This document shows, one piece after another, positions 47,442-56,644 of a stretch of DNA of 64,000 nucleotides. Numbering within the stretch: position 1 is the stretch's first letter; each line of letters opens with the position of its first letter. Under the pieces are notes generated by a model, which was not told the origin of the DNA, did not search any database, and saw nothing but the letters and a program-made list of their open reading frames with translations. The position numbers were made by a program, and so were the translations under genes. This DNA is from Clostridia bacterium (GTDB lineage Bacteria; Bacillota; Clostridia; Christensenellales; CAG-138). The stretch is from the NCBI GenBank assembly GCA_036651815.1, contig JAVVXB010000003.1, positions 42,144-106,143 of the forward strand, given 5' to 3'.

Positions 47442-47617
47442 GAAAGCTCCTCCTTATAAGAACGTTTGTTTGTATCAGTATATCGTTGGTACATTTCTGC
47501 CACTGCGCAAATGAATGTACAGTGGCGGCACGCAGCAGAGGGGGATATAATCGAAATTTTTCGCAATTTGTCGAACAAGCGAATTAAAAACTTGAGTGCT
47601 TGCGATTGAAAATGTTA

Positions 47618-47626
47618 TGCTATAAT
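47618..47626 (+). promoter_or_regulatory. Extended -10 box TGCTATAAT, 6 nt upstream of the rarA ATG
   Basis: TGCTATAAT-GGCACT-ATG (ATG at 47633). Confidence 0.45.
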
Positions 47627-47632
47627 GGCACT

Positions 47633-48949
47633 ATGGAAAATTTATTGGCAACTAATCTGGCAGACAACGCGCCGCTGGCGGATCGCATGCGCCCGCGTAC
47701 GTTGGATGAGTTTGTCGGGCAACAACATATTGTTGGCGAAGGGAAATTGCTGCGCCGGGCGATTTTGAGTGATCGGATGCAGTCTTCTATTTTTTTCGGG
47801 CCTCCAGGCACGGGCAAAACCACGCTTGCGGGGATCGTGGCTGCGGCCACCGGAGGCGCGTTTGCAAAGCTCAATGCCGTCGCCGCAGGGGTAAAGGAAC
47901 TGCGAGAACTTGTGTCGGAGGCGCAGAAACGCTTGCAGCTCTATGGTCAGCCGACCTATCTGTTGCTGGATGAATGCCATCGCTGGAGCAAAACTCAGTC
48001 GGATTCGCTGCTGCCCGCGCTCGAAAAAGGAACGATCCGATTCATTGGTAGCACCACAGAGAATCCCATGATTGCCATGACCAGCGCCATCGTGTCCCGT
48101 TGCCGTGTGTTTCAGTTTTATCCGCTGACCAGCGCGGATGTGGAAACAGCGGTTCGCCATGCACTGCGGGACGGGGAGCGGGGGTTTGGGGCAAAGAACG
48201 TACATTTGGATGAAGATGCCCTGCACACCATTTCTGCGATTGCTAATGGGGATTGCCGCAACGCACTCAATGCGCTGGAACTGGCGGTGCTGACTACCCT
48301 TCCGGATGGGAACGGTGTCATTCATATTACCCGTGAAATTGCCGCAGAATCCAGTCAGCGCAAAGTGATCAAATGCGACGAACAGTTGTTTTACGATATG
48401 TTGAGCGCTTTTTGCAAATCGCTTCGTGGTGGGGACAGCAACGCGGCCATCGCGTGGTTCTCCCGGCTGATCTATGCTGGGGTCGATCCCCGCATCATTG
48501 CCCGGCGGTTGATTGCACACGCCAGCGAAGACGTTGGCCTTGCTAATCCGCAAGCCATGGTGCAGGCGGTGGCGGCGGCGGATGCACTGGAACATATTGG
48601 TATGCCGGAGGCCAAGTTACCGCTTACACAGGCCATCATTTTCATCTGCGAATCCCCTAAGAGCAACAGCGTTTGCTGCGCCGTGGATGGTGCAATGGCG
48701 GATGCGGAGAAAAGCTACGATGAGCCTGTGCCCATCTACCTGCGGGATACTGCGTTTGCGGGGGCAGCAAAGCTAGGGCATGGCGTTGGATATCGGTATC
48801 CGCACGATTATCCGGGTCACTGGGTCGAGCAGGATTACATGCCGCAGTCGCTCAAGGGAGTGCAATATTACTGTCCGTCAGATCAGGGACAGGAATCCAA
48901 AATCAAGGAAAATCATGAAAAGCGCGATATACTGCGCAAGAGGGAGTAG
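47633..48949 (+). CDS. rarA: Replication-associated recombination protein A (MgsA/RarA AAA+ ATPase)
   Basis: PLADRMRPRTLDEFVGQQH N-terminus and Walker [10 protein letters not shown]. Start at MENLLA matches homologue N-termini. Confidence 0.9.
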   Translation: MENLLATNLADNAPLADRMRPRTLDEFVGQQHIVGEGKLLRRAILSDRMQSSIFFGPPGTGKTTLAGIVAAATGGAFAKLNAVAAGVKELRELVSEAQKRLQLYGQPTYLLLDECHRWSKTQSDSLLPALEKGTIRFIGSTTENPMIAMTSAIVSRCRVFQFYPLTSADVETAVRHALRDGERGFGAKNVHLDEDALHTISAIANGDCRNALNALELAVLTTLPDGNGVIHITREIAAESSQRKVIKCDEQLFYDMLSAFCKSLRGGDSNAAIAWFSRLIYAGVDPRIIARRLIAHASEDVGLANPQAMVQAVAAADALEHIGMPEAKLPLTQAIIFICESPKSNSVCCAVDGAMADAEKSYDEPVPIYLRDTAFAGAAKLGHGVGYRYPHDYPGHWVEQDYMPQSLKGVQYYCPSDQGQESKIKENHEKRDILRKRE

Positions 48950-48954
48950 ATCAT

Positions 48955-50004
48955 ATGGAAGAGCGCATAAAACCTGTGAAACAGCCCCATCGAATTCGGG
49001 CATTTCTCGCCAAGAAGGGCATCTGCATTTCGGCCAAGGTATACTTTGTGGATGCGATGGGCGCGATGGCATACGGCCTGTTTGCAACGTTGCTCATTGG
49101 GACGATCTTTGGCACCATCGGTGAAAAGCTGAACGTTCCGCTACTGATACAGATTGCAGATTATTGCAAAGCAGCCACCGGACCTGCGCTTGGGCTTGCA
49201 ATCGCCTATAAACTCGGCGCACCGATGCTGGTGCTGCTTTCGGCCGCTGCGGTTGGCTTTGCCGGTAATGCGCTCGGCGGCCCGGTCGGCGCGTTTCTTG
49301 CTGCTATTATTGGCACGGAATTTGGCAAACTAGTCAGCAAGGAAACCCGGGTGGATATCATCGTAACTCCGGCGGTGACCATCCTTACCGGTGCAATGAT
49401 CGCAATCTTTGTTGGTCCGGGCGTTTCCGCGCTGATGAATGGCTTAGGGCTTATTATTATGCGCGCAACCGAATTGCAACCGGTACTCATGGGCATCATC
49501 GTATCGGTCATCGTTGGCATGGTACTCACACTGCCCATCTCCAGCGCTGCGTTGTGCATTATGCTGGGACTTTCCGGCATTGCTGCAGGAGCCGCAACTG
49601 CGGGCTGCTGTGCGCAGATGGTTGGGTTTGCCGTCATGAGTTTCCGGGAGAATCGCTGGGGTGGACTGCTGGCACAAGGCCTCGGAACCTCCATGCTGCA
49701 AATGGGCAACATCGTTAAAAATCCACGCATTTGGCTTCCACCAACGCTGGCTGCCGCCATCACCGGCCCCATTGCCTCGGCGGTGTTTAAACTGGAATCC
49801 ATCCCCGCTGCTGCCGGCATGGGAACCTGCGGCCTGGTAGGCCCCATCGGCATTTTTACAGCGATGGAGCCATCTGTACAGATGTGGCTTGGCATTCTGC
49901 TGGTTTGCTTTGTGTTACCTGCGATTTTAAGTTGGCTGTTCTACCTGGGCTTGCGCAGGATTGGCTGGATCAAGGATGGCGACCTAACGCTCACACAGGA
50001 ATAA
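48955..50004 (+). CDS. Polytopic membrane protein, PTS EIIC-like (PTS_EIIC_2-type) transporter
   Basis: 349 aa, Gly/Ala-rich TM helices. Resembles the stand-alone EIIC_2 family. No EIIA/EIIB nearby. Confidence 0.5.
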   Translation: MEERIKPVKQPHRIRAFLAKKGICISAKVYFVDAMGAMAYGLFATLLIGTIFGTIGEKLNVPLLIQIADYCKAATGPALGLAIAYKLGAPMLVLLSAAAVGFAGNALGGPVGAFLAAIIGTEFGKLVSKETRVDIIVTPAVTILTGAMIAIFVGPGVSALMNGLGLIIMRATELQPVLMGIIVSVIVGMVLTLPISSAALCIMLGLSGIAAGAATAGCCAQMVGFAVMSFRENRWGGLLAQGLGTSMLQMGNIVKNPRIWLPPTLAAAITGPIASAVFKLESIPAAAGMGTCGLVGPIGIFTAMEPSVQMWLGILLVCFVLPAILSWLFYLGLRRIGWIKDGDLTLTQE

Positions 50005-50139
50005 TTCGGGAATTACTGACATCATGAAAACAAACCGCCTGAATGACCGTTCGCTGGCCATAAGGCGGTTTCTATCGTTTAGAATGGATTGCTTGATGGG
50101 GGAATGATGATTGCGTTGCGAAAATCTATCGAATGCGTG

Positions 50140-50856
50140 TTATACAAAAAATCGACGCTTTAATTGACTCTTAACATTCGCGCGACGATTGAGCAGCAGC
50201 AAGCCGGCAGAAATAATGTGGCAGGGGAAGAGCGCATATACGGACCAATGTGGCCAAGCGTGTGTGCGCTCATAAAAATGGATAGAACATTCGATGAGTA
50301 CCACGAAAACACCGGCACCTGACAGGGAAACAGCGCACTTGATCAGCACGTCCATCCGATTTTTGCGTAGGGAAAGCCACGCAATAAGCAGAGCGTACAA
50401 CGTTGCAAACACCACAATGGGCAATCCCAGGTGCAAAAACCAGTTGGTATCGGTTTGCAGCTCAATAAACTTTAAAAACAATGCGATCGCTGCGCCATCT
50501 AACAGAAGGCAGATGACGGCATTGCGTTTTTTCAGCATCAACGGCAGCAGTAGACAGGTGAACACAACCAATAGGCTGCCTGTGACATACAACGACCAAG
50601 AAAACCGCCCATTGATCAGCAGGTTTGTAAACATGGTGATGAATACGGGGATCAGTAGCATCAGGGAGATGAAGGTTGCGGTATATCGGCGGTCGACTCG
50701 CGCGTTCAGCCGCTCAACATGGACAGGATAGGGGCGAAATTGTTCGATATCCTCTTCATTTATGGGGTTGACAGGGTTGATCACCTCCACACCGCACAGT
50801 GGGCATCGGCGCTCGCTTTTTTCCAACTCGACGCCACAGTTGACACAGTAACTCAT
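50140..50856 (-). CDS. Membrane protein with an N-terminal zinc ribbon (DUF6320-like)
   Basis: CVNCG...CPLCG ribbon in the first 25 aa, followed by about 6 TM helices. Confidence 0.6.
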   Translation of the reverse strand: MSYCVNCGVELEKSERRCPLCGVEVINPVNPINEEDIEQFRPYPVHVERLNARVDRRYTATFISLMLLIPVFITMFTNLLINGRFSWSLYVTGSLLVVFTCLLLPLMLKKRNAVICLLLDGAAIALFLKFIELQTDTNWFLHLGLPIVVFATLYALLIAWLSLRKNRMDVLIKCAVSLSGAGVFVVLIECSIHFYERTHAWPHWSVYALFPCHIISAGLLLLNRRANVKSQLKRRFFV

Positions 50857-51203
50857 GCTTGATCTTGTCCTTTGCTTTCGAAATTAGGTTGTATTTTTAA
50901 AAGAAGAATATCCAGTTTCGAGTGGATGATGCTATCAGTTCAAACCATAAATTTGCAAGCTTTGCTGCGATTAATCTTGGGTTATAAGCGCAGAGATTGC
51001 AAAGAGAATCCGAAAGCGCTTTGGGGAAAAATGATGGAACACACCCTGCGGAATGATTTTCGATTGGCCGCCTTGCTGACTGGATGGTTTGTTGAGTTTT
51101 CCGAAACCGAAAAAATGAAGCAGGAACACGATGGTATCGTTACCGTTCTGAACCAACGAAGCATGCAGTTTTTGCAGCTTGCGTCTCATCCGCCAGAAGC
51201 GAG

Positions 51204-52487
51204 CTAATCTTGCTGGTTACTCTCGATTTTCACATGGATGCCCAGCTTAACGAGCCGCGTGAAAAACTCTTTTTCAAGGACCGGTTCCTCTATGGTACGC
51301 GTAAAATTCAATCGCAGCAACCCTTGGTACGACATGGCCGCCGCACACACGCGGTTCTTCGCCAACGGGCCAAGGATAAAATCCATACGATTGACGTATT
51401 TTGCCATGGCGTCTGGCAGCGTAACAATGCCGAGGTTACTTAAACAGGTGGACGATACCGCATCGCCAACTTGACTATACACCAACTTCATTGCTGCATT
51501 TTTCAAAAATAACGGAGTAGCCCGCAACAGTGGATTTTCCTGTGTGCGGACATTGGTGGTAAATTTTGTATTCAGCAGCTTTGCGGTTACCTCCATGGCC
51601 ATGAAGTGGTGAACAATATTCAGCACTTCATCAAACGTATAAAGACCGAGACGCGGGTCGATGCCCGGGTTGACATAACTTGCAAAATTTCGCAGTGTTA
51701 CGGAGGGAAAAAACCGCCGAAGGTTAATGGGCACGCAGATTTTGACAGGTTTATACCATTTTTTAAGCAGGACGCGCCGTCTTTGGATGGCATCGATGGA
51801 TAGAATCATGACAGCCGTGAGATATTCGTTGACGCTGACGTTTTTTGTCCGCGCCTTTTCCATCAGTTCGAAGACCGGAATGGTGCCCGTCACAATATTG
51901 ATAAAGCCGCCAATCTCATCCGTACCCCGGATATGATAGGCCTTGGACTCCTTGCGGCTCTGACAGTAATCGCCGGAATGTTTGGTAAAGCTGTCCTCGC
52001 TCTCCTCAGGTTTGGGCGGAACGGAGCAGTCCAGAACCATGGCGCTTCTGGGTATGGTCGCGCCATATTTGATGCGCAGGTATTCCGCAAGAAGCGTCTG
52101 TAAAAGCACGAGTCCACCGGTGCCGTCTGCTAACACATGAAAAAACTCAATGGCAATACGATTTTGGTCATAACGCACACGGAGACCGAATCCATCGTTG
52201 TCCTTCAGCCGCATGCGCACGCAGGGATTGCCAACATCCGGCTGAATCTTCGGCGTTTCCTCGCTGTGCTCAAGATAGAACCAAAATGCGCCCCACCGGA
52301 GCTTGACGGAAAATGACGGACAACGCTTGAGCGCACATCTCTGCGCAACCTCCAGAATATCGGGATCAATCGGATCTGTCAGCGTTGCGGAGATGCGAAA
52401 CAGTGCCGTCCAATTTCGGTTCATGGTGGCCGGATAAATCAATGCCGCATTATCCAGTTTCATCCAGCGGGTAGGTTTTCTGTCCAT
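51204..52487 (-). CDS. HxxxD-motif acyltransferase (condensation/alcohol acetyltransferase/WS-DGAT-like superfamily)
   Basis: FHVLADGTGG (HxxxDG) catalytic motif about 140 aa from the N-terminus. ATG at 52487 lies 1 nt after the upstream stop (TAAtATG). Confidence 0.6.
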   Translation of the reverse strand: MDRKPTRWMKLDNAALIYPATMNRNWTALFRISATLTDPIDPDILEVAQRCALKRCPSFSVKLRWGAFWFYLEHSEETPKIQPDVGNPCVRMRLKDNDGFGLRVRYDQNRIAIEFFHVLADGTGGLVLLQTLLAEYLRIKYGATIPRSAMVLDCSVPPKPEESEDSFTKHSGDYCQSRKESKAYHIRGTDEIGGFINIVTGTIPVFELMEKARTKNVSVNEYLTAVMILSIDAIQRRRVLLKKWYKPVKICVPINLRRFFPSVTLRNFASYVNPGIDPRLGLYTFDEVLNIVHHFMAMEVTAKLLNTKFTTNVRTQENPLLRATPLFLKNAAMKLVYSQVGDAVSSTCLSNLGIVTLPDAMAKYVNRMDFILGPLAKNRVCAAAMSYQGLLRLNFTRTIEEPVLEKEFFTRLVKLGIHVKIESNQQD

Positions 52488-52488
52488 A

Positions 52489-53394
52489 TTACTGTAGCAG
52501 TCCAAGTTCCTTTTTCAGAAAAATAGCCATCTGCTTGACGGCGGCTTGACCCTCCGGCGTGCCGTAGAGGGGATAAACGTGCCACATGCCCGGCTCAATG
52601 TGCAGACTTGCACGGCAACCGCTCTGTTGGAGCTTTTCAAAAAGCGTACGGCTGTCGTCTAGCAGAATTTCATCTCCGCCAGCAAACAGCTGAGACGGGG
52701 GAAAACCCGCAAAATGACCGAAAATCGGCGAAACATAAGGCTCCGTTTCATGTCCGGCTGCATATACGAGCACATAGTACGCAAGCGATTCTCGGCAAAG
52801 CGATGGATCGCGAAACACGTTATTGCGGTAGGATTTACCGGACATACTCAGATCCGTCCAAGGCGAAATGCCAAGGATGCAGCCCGGCAGGGGAATGCCC
52901 TCGTCCTTGCACCGCAGAGCGAGACAGTAGCATAATCCACCGCCGGCGCTTTCTCCGGCAAAGGCGATGTGCTCTGGCTGGTAGCCTCGTTCCAATAGAT
53001 ATTGATAAGCCGTCATGGCATCGTCCACAGCGTCAGGATATTTATTTTCAGGCGCAAGGCGGTAGGCAACGCAGAGAATATTCAGCCGCGTTTCATCAGC
53101 TAGCACACCGCCGAACCCTTTGCTGTAATCCAGCCCGCCCGCCGTATAGCCGCCGCCGTGCAGATACAGGATAACATGGGTATCCTTGGACTGGCAGTTT
53201 ATGGGCGTTGCCCAGCTTGCCTTAAAATGTTCGAATGGTACATCCGTAAAATCAACCTTTGTTTGAAGCAAGCGAGTGCTGATTTTTCCGAGATTATCCT
53301 GCCCCTTTCGGGCGGCCTCAATGCCAGAAAATCGGACGAGAGGTTTGGTTAGGCGCAACTGCAGTTTTAGGATGAGGGCGCTGATGCTTAGCAT
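52489..53394 (-). CDS. Alpha/beta hydrolase, hormone-sensitive-lipase-like esterase (family IV)
   Basis: Oxyanion HGGGY and nucleophile elbow GESAGG. GGAAGGAG SD. Confidence 0.8.
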   Translation of the reverse strand: MLSISALILKLQLRLTKPLVRFSGIEAARKGQDNLGKISTRLLQTKVDFTDVPFEHFKASWATPINCQSKDTHVILYLHGGGYTAGGLDYSKGFGGVLADETRLNILCVAYRLAPENKYPDAVDDAMTAYQYLLERGYQPEHIAFAGESAGGGLCYCLALRCKDEGIPLPGCILGISPWTDLSMSGKSYRNNVFRDPSLCRESLAYYVLVYAAGHETEPYVSPIFGHFAGFPPSQLFAGGDEILLDDSRTLFEKLQQSGCRASLHIEPGMWHVYPLYGTPEGQAAVKQMAIFLKKELGLLQ

Positions 53395-53665
53395 GGCGGG
53401 AACTCCTTCCGTCTGTCTTAATAAATGATGCTATGGCTGATTCACCCAGGCGCGCGTGAACATGTTTTCCGTTCAGCTTTGGCCGGTTGCGCAGATGTGC
53501 GCCACGATTGTTTGTTGAAATCAGTTTAAGTCAGTATAACATAAAGCGGATAGGATATGGAAAATAATTATCGGAGGAAATGGAACGAACAACATGCGAT
53601 TGCATGCGCAACCGCTCAAACACATCCATGTGACGCGATTTCAATTGCCTTTGTAATCGTGAAAA

Positions 53666-55534
53666 TTATGCCTCATCCATTTCAGCGTAAATAACATATT
53701 GATTTTTACCATCTGCTTTGGCACGGTATAGCGCTTGATCTGCTTTATCATATAGTTCGTCGAATGTGCTGCCATCGCAATGATACAGCGATATGCCAAC
53801 GCTGGCACTCATATGAATGTTCAATTGATCATCAAGTGAACGCATACAGTTGCAAACCTCCTGCGCCTTTTCCTGAATGTGAATCACAGAGCCTACATTT
53901 TTTAAAAATACAGCAAATTCGTCTCCGCCCATTCGGCAGACGAAATCGGTTGTGCGAAACAACCGCTGCATTTGCGCGGCAAACGTCGTTAGAATTGTAT
54001 CGCCGGCACGGTGGCCGAGTGTGTCGTTCGCTTTTTTGAAATTGTCGATGTCAATCATAAAAAACGCATGCAGACCGCTGGAACCCTCGTGCTGAATGAA
54101 GGCTTCAACTTGTTCGCGTAAGGTGTTGCGGTTCATGAGATGGGTCAGCGGGTCGCTCTCCGCCTTCTTTTTCAACTGCTCAATCGTATGCTTCTGGTGG
54201 TCGATGTTCGTTAGCTTTCCGAGAACCTGAGCAGGTCGATTGTTTGCGTCCTTCAAAATGAGGAAGCGAACGTTCTGCCACACATATTGTCCGTTGGGAC
54301 CGATGACCCTCAATTCACCACTGCTGCTGTCCAAACCGTCTAAAACGGCTTTTGTTAGGGAAAGATAGGTATCGCGGTCCTCTTCGAGAATATAAGGCGG
54401 CGGCGTTTTTAAATCATTGAGTGTCAATTTGTGCGGGGAACGTCCGAACACGGTTTCAAAGTTTTGATTAAAGCGCATTTCTCCTGCGGCAAGATCACCA
54501 CGGAAGAAGACCTCATTGGAAAGACCAAGCACCAACTCATAGCTCTGTTCACTGCGGCACAGCAGTTCTTTATCCTCTTCCAACTGCGTAATGATCATGC
54601 CCTCCCTCAGGTAAATATACAGCATGGTGAACAAGCCGATCAGGATTACTACGACAACGAGCCAAGTCGAATAGGTATTGATGAACTCATTGGTGTAACC
54701 AACGGCAGTCTTTGGGACAACATTGGCAATAAACCAGTTTGAAATACCGAGTGGAATATAGGATACATAATAAGTTTCGCCTTGGTGCTGCGTAGAAAAG
54801 GTGATTCCATGGCCGCGAGAAAGCTCATGACGAAAATTTTCCAGAATGGCGCCATCCAGCAGGTTTTCTAATTTATAAAATGCGGAAAGATTAGGTGGAT
54901 TCGGAAAAACGCTTTGGCGATCGTTAGATAAAATAATTTTTTCGTTTGTATCACAGATATAGGAGAAAGTTTTTCCGCCATAGGCGGTACTGCCAAGCAA
55001 AGCGGAAAATTTATCAATATTGAAGCTTCCGAAAATAATACCTTCTGTTTTTCCTCGATTATTAAGGGGGACAGATAGGACAAAGTGTGTCGCATTGTCA
55101 ACTCTGCCGGATTCTACGCGCTCAATTGCGCGCACGCCACGCATGCTTTTTTTAAAATAAGCGCGGTCAGCAACATTGACTCTTGCGCCAATGCTGAGCT
55201 CTGCGTTTCCACCCTGATCGACAAGGCCGATGCGCATGAGATCAACGTTACTCGTTAAGGCGTTCATCATGCTAAAGACCTGCGTGCGCCCATTTGGCTC
55301 CCCCAGATGGGAGACGGCAAATTCGCTCACACTGGAGAGTATTTCATATTGAATGTTGAGGCGTTGGCGGATGGCGACTGCCTGCTGGGATGCGGTATCC
55401 AACAGCGTCTCAAAAGCGCGGTGACGCAGCCCATCCGCAATCAATTTTCGAAACCCAAGAAACGCTGCAATGATAAGCAGCACAGCAATCAATGGCGCAG
55501 CGATTGTTTTAAGAATTCTATGGAATTTACGCAT
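53666..55534 (-). CDS. Membrane sensor diguanylate cyclase (Cache-like periplasmic domain, PAS, GGDEF)
   Basis: Two TM helices flank an extracytoplasmic domain. GGDEF active site RMGGDEF with an RTTD I-site 5 residues upstream. Start at 55534 (MRKFHR) is uncertain. Confidence 0.85.
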   Translation of the reverse strand: MRKFHRILKTIAAPLIAVLLIIAAFLGFRKLIADGLRHRAFETLLDTASQQAVAIRQRLNIQYEILSSVSEFAVSHLGEPNGRTQVFSMMNALTSNVDLMRIGLVDQGGNAELSIGARVNVADRAYFKKSMRGVRAIERVESGRVDNATHFVLSVPLNNRGKTEGIIFGSFNIDKFSALLGSTAYGGKTFSYICDTNEKIILSNDRQSVFPNPPNLSAFYKLENLLDGAILENFRHELSRGHGITFSTQHQGETYYVSYIPLGISNWFIANVVPKTAVGYTNEFINTYSTWLVVVVILIGLFTMLYIYLREGMIITQLEEDKELLCRSEQSYELVLGLSNEVFFRGDLAAGEMRFNQNFETVFGRSPHKLTLNDLKTPPPYILEEDRDTYLSLTKAVLDGLDSSSGELRVIGPNGQYVWQNVRFLILKDANNRPAQVLGKLTNIDHQKHTIEQLKKKAESDPLTHLMNRNTLREQVEAFIQHEGSSGLHAFFMIDIDNFKKANDTLGHRAGDTILTTFAAQMQRLFRTTDFVCRMGGDEFAVFLKNVGSVIHIQEKAQEVCNCMRSLDDQLNIHMSASVGISLYHCDGSTFDELYDKADQALYRAKADGKNQYVIYAEMDEA

Positions 55535-56644
55535 GAAATGAATAAGTGCTCCTTTGAAAATCATCAAAAATACGTTGATTTCGCTTGTAGTGTATCGGAT
55601 ATCCGCTTGTAAAGCAACGCAATATCCTGTCAATTTTGCAAATAGTTACACGAATTTATTACAACTGAAGAATGCAATGCAACTTATACGTAATTATGTA
55701 AGAAATAAAGCGCCGAACGAACAGATAAAATGCCAAATATAGCAGTATGTATGTGATCATTTCCGGTATAACAAGCGCAAGGAAACAACGACCAATCAAG
55801 CGAATCACATTGCACAAAGGAAGACGCAAATGTATCAATAACAGTAACGGTTAATTCTGTTTGATGATTTTGAGCAGTCGCGGGGCATGTGCTTGAAAGA
55901 GAACAATCGTTGGGCGAAAATGGCGGGCATGGCACCTATATCATACGCAGTCATGGAGCTGCGCCATGTCGCACGGTTTCCCGGTTAGTGCAGGAACGTC
56001 GTTAAGCCGTTGCAGCAGGTACTGAATGCAGGCATGATTCAGGGTGAATAACATTATTCGGATAAAGAAGTGATATTGCAGATGCAAGAAAACCTGTAGT
56101 TGCAGTACTTCTACGGCGATTGAGACTAGGATGACGGTTTTCTGTCCTTTGACGCTGAGACTTATCGTTCATTGTACATTTTGACAAGCGCCTAACGCCG
56201 GAGATTCTGTGCAAAATCAATTGCAAAAACCGTTTTGACAATGAATCTGCGCAAGCCGTAGTGCGTGTGATTATGCTCTTATCTGTGAACATTGCAACGA
56301 CAAAAGCGGTTGCTTATCGTTGATATTGTCAGCAGACATGATAGTGGGGGCATGTTTCCAAAATTCAAAGGTAGCAATTTTGATATCGATAGTACCATAC
56401 TAATGCTCAGAATCAGAGAATAACAGCCAGTATACTTGAGAATTCGCCGTATGAACGGACAAATAGCACTCAAAACCGTAAATCCAACTTTTTGAAACAC
56501 GCCCAAAACCGGTTGGATTGTGTTGGATTGAAACGCGAACGCAAGGAGGTGACATTCGGTGCAAGCATTGCGGTACGTATTGTAGGACAAGCGTGTGAAC
56601 AACTCAAAAGATGTTGTATGATGGTAGCATCCATCGGCCAAGGA

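Noticed and set aside
47460-47471. LexA/Cheo-box-like GAAC-GTTT-GTTT upstream of the phage-type regulator.
   Set aside because: It matches only the degenerate core with a mismatch at the last position. Several such matches are expected by chance in 64 kb, and no second supporting site was found.
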